Made by a program: the position numbers and the translations under genes. From NCBI GenBank assembly GCA_047967505.1, contig CM106538.1: a DNA stretch of 64,000 bases; one strand, written 5' to 3'. This document shows, one piece after another, positions 12,451-24,190 of the stretch; positions within the stretch are counted from its first letter, which is position 1, and each line of letters begins with the position of its first letter. This DNA comes from Dipteris shenzhenensis. Lineage: Eukaryota. The notes under the pieces were generated by a model. The model made no database searches and had not been told where the DNA came from. It worked only from the letters and a program-made list of their open reading frames with translations.

Positions 12451-13201
12451 AGATTTGCATTCCATATTCTTTGTCAAATGACTTTAAGGTGTGAGACATG
12501 TTCCCTTTGTAGCGCTTTGCCGCATAAGTAATACTTCGAGGAAAGAAAGAGATGCCATTAAAAGTGACTTTAAAGCGTACTCCAAATGAGCCAGCACCAA
12601 GATTCTCACCTTCCTCTATAGCCTCATGGGGGATACCTAACACAATTGAACAATCACCATTCCTAAATGAATGTGCTTTGTGAGAAGCATCCCCGCGACT
12701 ACCATCAATAGCTAACCATGCCTCAGAAGTTGGATCACATGAATGTTTTGATTGCTCATATCGCACTCTCTTCGAAATAGTGAAATGTGAATCTATGTCT
12801 TTTTCCCTCTTGCTTCTACCCTTCTCCTCTTTCCACTTCAAATCCCAAAAACCTAATTTTTCCATGTCAATATTAGGAGGCACGTCATCTCGCAAGTCTT
12901 CTGCACATTTCTTCATATTTCCTATGATGCTATTGATCATGTGACGTACTCCACCTTCATTCATTTCACTCTTGGACAACATCTCTCCCATTGTGTTGGC
13001 TATGACCTCATTGTAGAAACACTCTATCCGTATTGCATTGCTAGTTATGTCTGTTATTTGCTCCTTGCTCATCTTACTTATCCCTATACAAAGATGCTGC
13101 CTAATGACTTTGAGCCAATTTTTCCTTTGCTCTGCTTGCATCTTTTCACAAAAGGATTTCTGGCAAAACATGCATGAAAAAACCAAGTATTGAGAGAGAA
13201 T
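12451..13201 (-). pseudogene. Gene fragment ending in a protein-kinase N-lobe, interrupted by the family B LTR
   Basis: ORF 12389..13186 contains LGAGSFG (glycine loop), YAAKRY (subdomain II Lys) and FDKE (helix C Glu). An acceptor-like ttttag lies at ~13202. Confidence 0.6.
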
Positions 13202-13639
13202 CTAAAATATATTCATATTTTAAATAATCAATGAACACAAAGTTAATTACAATAAAGAACACAACGAACTCCATTCTTATGAAATTTGCATCATGCTTAC
13301 ATGGGCCTACCATTTGAGTGTGTGCAGAAGTGTGTGTTAGACACTAGATAATCAACATTGGAAGAGTATTTCAAATAATATCGAATGGTTGATGACCCAT
13401 AATTGATTAAAGATAAGATTCAACTTAGAATCCTTATACATAAGCAGCTTTCAAAGACCCCATGGATAGGCATTAATCAAAGACACAAATATCATTGGCT
13501 CTAGCATTGTTACCTTAGATGTATGAGCATGAATCTCAGATGTATATTTATTGGAAAGTTTACAACCTCTACACACTAGCATTTATGCAATGATCCCCTA
13601 TATTCTACACAAAATATTTCCAAAGAGGACAACAACATC

Positions 13640-14260
13640 AAAAGTCAAATAAACGACCAAGTGTTGAAGCCGAAACTATCATACAACACTGATAACCTAC
13701 AACGACACTGAAAGCCAAATAAATGACCATGTGTCGAAGTTTAAACATTTGTTTTATGAAATAAGCTACGACAACACTGAAAGCCGAATAAACGACCTAG
13801 TATTGAAGCCTAATTATTTTATAAATTATATATCTAAGAAACAACACCAAAAGTCGAATAAACGACAAAGTGTTGAATTCTATTACTCTTCTAAGGTTGA
13901 GAGACGACACATACAGTCGAATGATACGACCAAGTGTCGAGCTAGTTTCAAAACAATGAGAAGGAGTCCTTGTAACGACATCAAAGGTTGAATATTACAA
14001 CCAAATGTCGAAATGCAGACTTACTTAACCGCACATATAATCGAGTAATACGATCCAATGCGGAAAGATAAGCACCATGCAAATGCATGGCCCAAGTAAT
14101 TGACTCAAATATTACATTACAAATCAGATGATCGACGTATTATGTCGAAAGGCTATATACGACACTACGTCGATATCTAATAGTCATGTAATATCAAGAA
14201 TAAAGAAGTTATGACATTGACATACTATATGAAAAGACGACACTACATCGAACATACGTG
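13640..14260. repeat. Degenerate repeats of AAACGACCAAGTGTCGA / ACGACAC motifs
   Basis: The motif recurs roughly every 55-70 bp, like a subterminal repeat array. Confidence 0.5.
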
Positions 14261-14299
14261 AAGAAGAAACCCCCCCCCAAAAAAAGCTTATCAACTTAT

Positions 14300-14927
14300 C
14301 GAAAATTTGCCAACAGATGGGTTATTAAGCAGAGAAAGAAAAGCTATCATACCTTTATTTCAATTATAGTTTTGATTTTGGATTGCTAACCAAGCACAAA
14401 GGGAACAGAGAGTCTCCTTGGTGACCTGCACAAATCCAAGGGACAATTAATAGAAATCCTCTTAGTAGAAGGCAAGCTATAAACTCCAGTTGAGTCGTTC
14501 CCAAAACTACCTTTTCGAGATGCAGTGCCTTATGAACAAACTTATTAGAGAGCTTGTGGTGTTTTGAAGCGGCATGACATCGTATTGCACTAAGTTAAAT
14601 ATTCACCGATCCAATAGTGCCAAATTCACTGCGACATTTTCTCATTTTTTGGCATGTTGTACAAAAAATACGCCCAAGCTTTTTGTCAAAGAATGCCCAT
14701 TTAAAAGAAATAGCCCAAGAATCATTCCAAGCCAAACAAGCATTTTTAATTCTTAAGACATCATTTTCTTCACCCGGTCCTGGTATCTCTTCTAGATCTG
14801 AGTCACATGTCACATGAGATGATGATGCTACATCAGACAAGGATTTTCTCACACTCTTTCTTTTCACGGGAGGGATCAATCTGGTCATTCCAGGAAAAGC
14901 AAAAAGAGTTGTTTGTCTTTGAGTCAT
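14300..14927 (-). pseudogene. hAT-related (TTF-type zinc finger, ZNF862-like) transposase N-terminal remnant
   Basis: WNDSWAISFKWAFFD..IFCTTCQK..F.TIGSVNI, then after a stop LSAIRCHAASKHH. This matches the W..F.W/CxxC/H...H pattern. Confidence 0.6.
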
Positions 14928-15939
14928 GGTTGGGCGTAAATCTGTAAAATATTGCAGTGCAATGACTACTTAGATGCTTGCAAAATTCGAGTCAAACAAC
15001 AAGCAGTTGAAAGTTGAATCAATAATTCTACATTTACTATTTAGCATAAAGTTCATGCAGGTCAAATAATAGATTCAAGCTCTCAAAAAAAAACAAATGC
15101 AGCAATCAGGTTGCAATCATATGAGGTAAAAAGGACGCAAAGATGGCCTAAGAAAACAACAGACCTGATACTGAGGAAAAAAACATCATAATAAGTACAA
15201 AAAAATTGCCTGGCACTTGACTAGAACTCTGGCTGAAGCTTTACGAGAAAGAAGGAGCTGCCCCAAAGCAACCGTCACTGCACAAACGAAAGACAACACA
15301 TAAGAAACCCCCTTTTAGAGAAACCAAGAAAGTAGTTGGAAGAATTTGTAGTACCTGTATATCCAATAATGCAAAAACAGCATTACAAAGCTAAAGTATA
15401 GCAAATACATGTTTTATTAGATGTCTTGGCAGCCTGCTAATAACATGGATAAGGATGCCTCCATGGCCAATGCTTATGTGGTAGCAAGACTACCACATTG
15501 ACGTGGGTGGGTGATCTGCCATGTGGCAGATAAGGTATCCACTATGTCTCGGCCAATCGCGCGACCTACATCTAGAGACGGGGCACTGCCCATCACTACC
15601 AGTGTGTTGTTGCAGCGTGTATGAGAGCTCGTCTAGCCATGTAGTCGAGGCTGTCTTGGAGTTGGCAGGAGCCATCATTGGTGCCCATGAAGGAGCTCGT
15701 TTGTGAGCTGAGAGCTGCTATAGAGAGTCATAAGAGGCTGGTCATCGTTGGAGACGGTGGCTTCTACAAGTAGCTTGACTGCATGGAGGAGCCGTTGTGT
15801 GGTGTTGGGCCATCGTGATGGCTATTGAAGCTCATTCGTTGGTCGTTGGCTAGGGAGGCGCTTTGGAGCTCAATAGAGCTCACAGTCGTGTCATGATGGC
15901 TATTGAAGATGGACTAGAGGAGGCACTTTGGAGCTCGAC

Positions 15940-16558
15940 GGAAACAGAGCTCGAACGTCCTCGGTGTGCCGATGCTATCCAAGCAATTGTCGAGTAGCTA
16001 CGCGAAAACCCAAACGGCAGAGATGAGGAGTTCTTCCAATTGCATCACTGCGCTCATCAAACATCTGAATCTCAGCTAGTGTGCTCATCAAACATCTGAC
16101 ACTCAGCTACTGTGCACACAAGAACAGACAAACATCCGAATCTGAGCTACTGAGGACAGACAGAGAGCGCAAACCTAAGAGACATCACGGCTGCAGCCAC
16201 CGACACTCTGGCTACGGAGTTGAGATTGGGAAGCTGCGAGAGGAGAAGTTGAGAGGAGCCGAAAATGACGATCCAGACAGACAATCCCAAGCTCTGGCAG
16301 CTGCTGCAAACCAAGGTATGGAAGTTGCGAAGGCATGTTCCGCCGGTGACCATGTAAACAATGTCTACTCCAACTTCGACCAGCAATTGCTGGGGGACGA
16401 CGATCCACAAGCCGAGCTCTCGACCGAATGCATACTGTCCTAGCTCGTGGTATCGATCGAAACGCTTCCCAGGCACCATTTCGTGCATCTCTACCATTTG
16501 CCATAGTGTGTACAACGTAATCACCCAGGATAAGATAAGCACCACCACTCCTGTTCCC
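15940..16558 (-). pseudogene. LHT: Lysine-histidine transporter (LHT, AAAP family) gene fragment: exon 16175..16558, intron 15998..16174, partial exon 15940..15997
   Basis: GTGVVVLILSWVITLYTLWQMVEMHEMVPGKRFDRYHELGQYAFG...AAVMSLS splices through canonical GT/AG to YSTIAWIASAHRG. No first coding exon and no C-terminal half found in the window. Confidence 0.9.
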
Positions 16559-16839
16559 CTGAAATCAGCTCACGCATTGATTATTGAATTGAAGAAAGCT
16601 CAAATTTTTTTGCAAATTGTGACCAGATGCATCGACGATTTCGCAATCCAGCCTGGAGCCCTTGCCATTGTCGCAGATGCATGTCGAGGAGGTGTTGACG
16701 TTGAGATGGAGCTTCACAGGACAGCCAATGGGGACTAGCGTCGATGGACAAAACACAACGGGAATCGAGCGACGCTCCTTCACAACACCCAGTCGATGGA
16801 CAAAACACAAACATAGCCAACGGGTTGCAGCGCCAACCT

Positions 16840-19696
16840 TGTTGAGAGATATGGTGCCATGAGCACATAGATTAAAGGGCTAAGGTATGGTATAGGAAAG
16901 AATTAAAGTAGCCACCCTAAGATGTGGACTACATGATGTGGAGATGTGGATTGGGGATATCCACAAGGAGAGATGTGGATGAGAGGATCCCACAAGTGTT
17001 GACTATTCAAAGGGCACTCTCTATATAAGAGGCCTATCATGTATTGTTGAATAGAAGAAAATGCACATTCACTCAAGATTCGATTTATGAGTCCAAGCTA
17101 ATCTATCTTGGAACCTAATTGACTTGAGGTACATGTCATGAGCATTCTCTTCATCATGTTTACACATAGGTTCCATCCACCTTAGAACGCTCCATAGATC
17201 CTGAGGCACGCATGTTTTGTCATGGTATCAGAGCTTAGGTCTAGTCTCCTAGATTAGTTGTAGGCATGCCTTAGGAGCTCATGTTTTTCTCCTAGGTTAG
17301 TTTTAGTTTTAGATTGAGAGTGTTGTTCTTGAGTGTTCTTTGTCAAAAAAAATTTCCATTCCATAGGTTTCTTTACAATATTTCCGTTCATATACTCTTT
17401 CCTTTGCGAGAGATATAGTGACGCTTTCTAGATTGTGAGAGAGATCCTTGGTTCCATTCCATGTTCAAGTTTCATAGTGTCTTGGAGATTGTTTGAGTAT
17501 TGGTGATTGAGAGTAGGTCCTCGACTAGTCAAAGAGATTCACCAAGCAAGGTCCCTGCTCCAAAACTAGCTATAGCCTCGGACCTTCATCAATGGATATC
17601 AACTTCAAGCAAAGGCCTCCTGTTTCGAAGACCTTATAAGGTCGGCTCAACCTGAGTCACGGCTTCCTATCTCTTGGGAAAGCAAAAACTTCAGGCAAAG
17701 ACTCGAGGAAACTCCATGAGTATGAAGTGAGAAGGGAAGAGTCGCCTCAGGATATCGTTGCGGCCGAGACTGTCTCTAGCCTACAAACGACCTCCCTTAC
17801 GTCCAGCACTCAGGCCTTTCACTTTCGACCAATGACGTCCAACCTCACGGGTGACCTGCAAACATAGGACTCTCCACAGTCCATGAGCTTCAATGGACAA
17901 GTCTCTCCACGCCACGCTTCAGCACTGACTTGCAGCTCCAAACGGCATCACGGCCTGCTCTCAAGCCCGACTCCAAAGCTGCAGCACAACCTTCGTCCAC
18001 AACCTCTCCAACTAGCCTGTGCAACAGCACCCTCTTGGGAGACATAGCAAGCCGGAGAAAGGGAGCAGTGCTGCCAGCTGACTAGCATACATGAGCCGCA
18101 GGAACGTCAGCTTGAGAATCGGAGGAGAAGTTCAAGCAGCGATACAAGGCCCGATCTAGACATTGCACAGACGCCCACTCCTCCACCTGTGTTTGGTTTT
18201 GGCATTCCATGGGCAACTAAGGTCCTCTGTCAACAAAAGGCAATACAGCCAAACAAATGACAACAACAACGACTCCACCTCAGCGCCACTCCAAACAGCC
18301 TTTCGCAGCACTACAAAGCTTCAAATGCTCTAGCAAGCACCAACACATCTAGTGCCAGCTTACAAAGCCCTCGCGTCTCCGACTATGAGCAGCTCCAAGC
18401 TCCCTGCGACCTTCTAGCACACCACAGGCCTCCGAAACCGTGACGCCATCGTCGCCCAAGATCTTTGCAGGATCAAAGGTTTCTTTGTAAGGTGCCAGAA
18501 AAATGCCACGTGGCACATGATAAGATGTAACTACGGTTGAGTCTCTAGTCACTAGGGTTAGTTCAAACCTTGGTCAATGGTCAAGCAACCCAAAAGAAAC
18601 CATGGTCAAGTAACTCACACTAAACCATGGTTAGGTTTAGGTTCAGGGTTAGTAAGTGCCACCTAAGCACAATCCTACAAGCTGTATGTGAACAGCCAAG
18701 CCACATCATCAAAGGCCCTCTTCTTCACAAAACTTCGACAAGGCATAACTTGCAATCCAGGAAAAATTTGGACACGCTCCAAAAAGGAAAAGTAATTGTC
18801 TTTTCGAGCTCCACGCGTCTATCAAGTCAGAATCATTGTATGCAATTAGACACTGCCATTGAAGCAAAATAAAGCTCATGGTAAGACCTTTGCAACAAAT
18901 GGAAAAGCAACGCATGAATGCAAAAAGCATGCCAAAAGCACAAGTGCATGAGATGACCATAGCACGAAGCATGGCATCCACACATAAAGCATTAAGGCAC
19001 ATGGAAGAACAAAGCATCATGCATCAAGCTACGTCAAGCGAAGAAGCAAACGCCATCGACATGAAGCGAAGAAGCAAACGCCATCGACATGAAGCATTGA
19101 AAAGCAAAAACCCTTGCCAACCTTGCCTATGTTTTGTAAATCAAGCCTAACCACCTGAGAGTAGCAATGAAAGCACCCAGGGGAGGTATTGACATGTAGA
19201 AGCCACACTTGACCACCTTAAGTAGCAATGCATGCACTAAGGGGAGGTGATGGATTTGTAACTCACATCTGACCACCTTGCAGTAGCCAAAGGATTATGG
19301 CACCAAGGGGAGGTGTTGAGAGATATGGTGCCATGAGCACATAGATTAAAGGGCTAAGGTATGGTATAGGAAAGAATTAAAGTAGCCACCCTAAGATGTG
19401 GACTACATGATGTGGAGATGTGGATTGGGGATATCCACAAGGAGAGATGTGGATGAGAGGATCCCACAAGTGTTGACTATTCAAAGGGCACTCTCTATAT
19501 AAGAGGCCTATCATGTATTGTTGAATAGAAGAAAATGCACATTCACTCAAGATTCGATTTATGAGTCCAAGCTAATCTATCTTGGAACCTAATTGACTTG
19601 AGGTACATGTCATGAGCATTCTCTTCATCATGTTTACACATAGGTTCCATCCACCTTAGAACGCTCCATAGATCCTGAGGCACGCATGTTTTGTCA
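16840..19696 (+). mobile_element. Intact non-autonomous LTR retroelement, family C
   Basis: 383-bp LTRs at 16840..17222 and 19314..19696 appear identical and have TG...CA ends. TSD AACCT on both sides. PBS TGGTATCAGAGC 17223..17234. PPT 19305..19313. No gag/pol motifs inside. Confidence 0.95.
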
Positions 19697-21849
19697 AACC
19701 TATACCTTGTGTAGATCTCTGCAGCAATCAAACTCCATCGACGACCTCCACGGGCTCCTGCTAGTGATTGCTGCAAGTCCTGAGCCTCATGCGTAGGCAG
19801 CTGCCCTGACCCTGACTTGGGCGCAGTCCGTGTAGTAGTGCTCGGCACCCAGTAATGCTGGATGAGAGTAGAGACTGTGAAGGGGAGGTTGTAGGAGCTA
19901 CAAAACACAAGAGAGAGAGAGGGGTCGGCAGGGAGGGGGGGTTGAGCAGGGAAGCAAAAGAGGGAGGAGGAGGTTCTGAGTTGAGGCAAATTGTACACTA
20001 ATGAAAGAAGAGGAGACTAAGCCAAACGTGGCAATGCCTTATAGGTTAGAAGGGAGATGAGGTTATCTTGATCCTCCTCCACAAACCATAATTCATTCAA
20101 CTAAAACCCATATATCTAAAGCTATATAAATTTTACGTTTTTATATATGAAAACATGCACACTTTAAAAACCTCCATTTATATTCTAGTCGACTAAAAAA
20201 CAGGCATGTTTTATGAATGAAAAGCCATAAAATTTGCATTTTTAATCTTCCAAGTGTAATACCTATGAAACACTTACAAGAACAATTTCCATAAACCTGC
20301 AAATAGAAAAAAGTCAGGTGAAACCTAAAACTTTGCAGTTTCATTGTAAGGCTTTGCAAGTTTTTGGGGAACACTGCAATGGATGCTAGGGCCTAGCCAA
20401 AGAAATGAAACTTCGTGACCGATGATGCCAAATAGATTCTGAACACAAGAGTCGCATTATCATTGGTGTAGAGACAATAGAGGGAAGAGGATGGAGATGC
20501 AGTAGGCATTTAGCAAATATAGATTCCAACCCATAAGATCCATAGCTTATAATGGGTGGAATCCATAGTTTCCACGCACACTAAATATTTGTGAAATTTA
20601 TTTTTCCCTTTCATAGGCATATAACCATGGTGGATGCCCTTTGGCCTCCTTTGCCCCACTCTCTCCTAGTCCTCCTAGCAACACCTTGTGCCTCCCCTTG
20701 CCTTGTGGAAATAGTAGCCCTCTTGGCAAGCATTTTCTCTTTGCCTTACACTGATCTCTGCTCATCCATTACTTCAACTCGCCTAGCCATGTGGTTGCCC
20801 TCCTATCCACCAAGACTCCTAGCTATGGTGAAAGGGAGGTGGCTCAACGGGTTTCCTTGTGCCCCCCTCAACCCTGTGTACATTAGGTTAGCTACTTCTT
20901 GTTAAATTATGCTAGGTTTCATTATTACTGTACATTGTGTTAATTGGATGTATGACTATAATATAACTGCATTTAGGACCTATGCTCCAACGCCATGCTA
21001 ACACCTATGTACAACCACATCCATGACAACTTGGGGAAATTTTAGCATTGTCCTTCTAATAACTAATCCACCACTAGATGCCGCAAACAACAAGATGCCA
21101 TTTCTAGGCATTTTTAGGCATTGTGTAGCATATGCTGCAAACAACAAGATGACATTTCTAGGCATTGATAGCGTATATAATACCTCAAGAAAAGATACGG
21201 TCTAAGGAAGCTAGAAAGGGTCTTCTTTAATCTTTGAAGATACCATACATAAGAGCCTTCTTTAGCTCTCAATGTAGCAAACACAAGGGCTTATGTTCTC
21301 CTAACCTACAAATAGCTTTATTCTTTCATTTACTTTGAATTCATCATTTTTACCATATTCTAGTTCAAACTGTCATTGGTAGTGATGCTCATGGTACTTG
21401 TTGATCGACAACTCTAGGCACAAGTGCATGAAAAACCCTCAAGCATAATAGGATTCTCACTCAATGATAAATTCTCATTTTGCTTTTGATCCCTTGTTGC
21501 TATATGGATCCTATATTTTCCCAAGTGGGAGAATCCTTTTGAATAGGGCTATCTAAAAATAAATACCTTACTTCTTTACTCTCACAGGTTTTATCCAATG
21601 GATTTAATTATAGGAGTGGCTCTCCACTATCTATCCTTTTTTAAATAATAGATCAATTGTTTGAGAGCCAGAAGGATATTTACAAAGGCAGTGCTAAATA
21701 GACTGAGTAGAACTTAAGAAAATCAAGTATAAGAGGCATCAACTTCAAAATACTCCTCCACCATTGATTCAATGCAATCCCTCTGTGGATAGAAAGGAAA
21801 AAAAAGAGAATGACAAGATTTAAAAACTTCAAAAAATAAATTCAAGCAT

Positions 21850-22090
21850 TCTAATCTCATCCTAATGAAAAGGCCAAAAAAGAGGAATAAAGAGAGAAAA
21901 TTATAGCATCATAATCTCATCCTAATGCAAAGGCCAAAAAGAGCAATAAACTCGCAATAAAGAGAGAAAAGGTTTTTATAATTCTCTAGAATTCAAGAAA
22001 GCATAGTATCCTTATCTCATCCTAATGCAAAGGCCAAAAAGAGCAATAAAGAGAGAAAAGATTTTTAGAATTCTCTAGAATTCAAGAAAA
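21850..22090. repeat. Three copies of a ~50-bp unit near the right end of the TIR element
   Basis: atctcatcctaatg(c/a)aaaggccaaaaagagcaataaa at ~21854, ~21914 and ~22014. Confidence 0.75.
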
Positions 22091-22357
22091 TGCAAGAGGA
22101 GCGCTTACTCATTTCAAAAGGAAAATGCCAGTACTAGCATTTCAAAATGTCCCATGACATAAGCCACTCTATGCAAATATCCATGTCACATGTTGCAAGC
22201 TTCTAGATAATTTTTAATATAAAATGCCCTTCTGTATATTAACCTTTGGGTATTAAATTACTTCCTTATGTATATATAATTCTGTAAGTAATTGAATTAA
22301 TAAAAACCCATCTGTTGAACTCACGTGATAGGGTTACATATGACAAGTGACCCCCCC

Positions 22358-24190
22358 GAGAGATTGAGTGGATGGAAAAGTTTCAACGGGTCATTTGTCA
22401 TGTATGCATATTTAACGATGACTCGAAGTACATTCTAGAATCAGAAAGGCTGAATTTTGCTCCATTTAGGTTGAAAAAAAGCTCTTCTCTTGAGATCCTG
22501 AAAAAGGCAAGGGAGTTATGGGTGGGCTATGGAAAGCCACAAATAGTGAAGGGCAGGAGACCTACATCTGAGTACATGGCAAAGAGGACTCAGTTCTATG
22601 GATGCTTGAAAGGTGTTGTAAGCAATACGCAAGGCATGCCAAGTAATAAGGTTGAGGCAAAGGATCTAAACATCACTGTTGCAAGATACAAGGATGTTAC
22701 TTGCATTGTCTTCCGCGAGGACTCAGTGTTTCAGAGCATAGTGGATGTTTGCCAAGCATATGAAACAGGAAAGATATCCTTTGAGGCACCAGAGCACACT
22801 ACAACTCATAGGAAAGAAATAATTAAACCGATGTCTATTGTTTGGTGGAGAGCATTAAGGTTTGTTCCAGATGCAATAATAGAAGAAGTATGCAAGAAGA
22901 TCCTAAGCGGTGACTACTTCTTTGGAAAGAAGAGCAAGCATAGCAACTTGGATGAAGTGGTCACCCGAATGATTCAAAGTGAGGCTGCTCTCTCAGCACT
23001 ATTGTTTTTATTGAAATCTAATGATGAGTTAGCTAGTAAGTCAATTGATGTGGATAAGAAGAAAGAACTTAGCCTAGGTCAGTTCCTTGATAAGACATGG
23101 GCTAGAAAGTCGGCTTCAATGGATGCAGATGCCACACCAACAAAGGATCTAAGAGCTAAAATGCCAAAGGTTGTTGAGACAGAATATATGGACATCAAGA
23201 AAAAGGCTTTGTAATCCACTGCCCAAGGTAGAGCAATTGGTGGTTTAGATGATGGTTCTCCATTCACCTTCTCCTATGATATCTTGCTATCAGAGAATGA
23301 TACAAAATTTGCACACATCAATGGCATTGATATAGAGCATTTCATAACAATGAGCGGTCATGCTTGGGAGAAGCCATGTGTATTTTTCATAGATGAATTG
23401 CAAGACCTTGCAATGCCATGGATAGTTGAACTTGTGCAGTTTATCATAGAAGGTCCTATGGCAGATAAGAAAAGATCAATGTTGGACCTCTTCATAGCAA
23501 AATCACAAAGGGATGCCTTGTATGCGAGTTTGGCATCTGCATTTGGGTATTTACTTTCAAAAGTATACCATGGTATAGTCCTATGCAATCATATGACTGT
23601 CTTGGAAGGCACTGCCATTCAAGTCTTGCAGCCTTTCTTGATGTGCTTCTTATCTAGGGGTGGTGGCAATCTAATCAAAAAATCAAAAATTTTTAAATGA
23701 CTCTCAAGCTTCATTACTTTAAGGACAATAAGGTTAAGCTTGATGCAACAATGGTGGATTATAGAAAGCCGATGGATCTTGATGTGATACTAGAGATGAC
23801 AAAGAATTTATTGAATGATGGGTGGGAAGTAGCATTGTATCGAATGGGTTTTGCTGATGAGAAATTGCTACGCCAAGGTAGAAATGTAAATGTCATTGAT
23901 ACCCCCCATCAGATTGAGTTCTTTGACACATATTACAGTTGCACTACCTTCTTTGAAGAGGAAAATGTCAAAGAAGAGGGTAGTGAGGAAAATGTCGAAG
24001 ACGAGGGTAGTGAGTCTGAGGGTGGTGATTCTAGCTCAGGTGATGATGAGGATGAAAGCTCTGAATCCGATGACTTATGGCCCGAGGCAGAAAGAAGTAG
24101 TAGTAGAGCATGTCGTAGGAAAAGGTAAGGCTAAAGAGGTGAAAGCACTTCCCTTGAAATTAAAAGTGAGGAAGGAACCCTTGATATTGT
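22358..24190 (+). pseudogene. 3' half of the ParB-like gene: helical region, degenerate amino-methyltransferase-like region, acidic tail
   Basis: ORFs 22372 and 23284 share a frame; a frameshift leads to 23697. RVICHVCIFNDDSKYILESERLN completes the ParB-like pattern. YRKPMDL..GWEV....G....LLRQGRNVNVID resembles the KP..L/GD.V.D.F.G/LGRNFIGID region of N4/N6 MTases. Confidence 0.5.

Larger units (their letters stand above)
10101..22357. mobile_element. ~12.3 kb TIR-bounded DNA element (superfamily unassigned) with captured gene fragments and nested LTR elements
   Basis: Left end GGGGGGGTCACTTAGTGTAATATGTCTATATCACGTGCGTGCAA; reverse complement of right end GGGGGGGTCACTTGTCATATGTAACCCTATCACGTGAGTTCAA. 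Removing it rejoins a plausible protein. The TSD is imperfect (GAAAA vs GAGAG). Confidence 0.7.

Noticed and set aside
16147-16548. Functional LHT gene
   Set aside because: Only an internal exon and part of the next are present. No WWYSAFH exon or C-terminal exons were found in the window.
17223-17234. tRNA gene fragments (TGGTATCAGAGC, several sites)
   Set aside because: These are primer-binding sites complementary to the initiator Met-tRNA 3' end, always adjacent to a 5' LTR.
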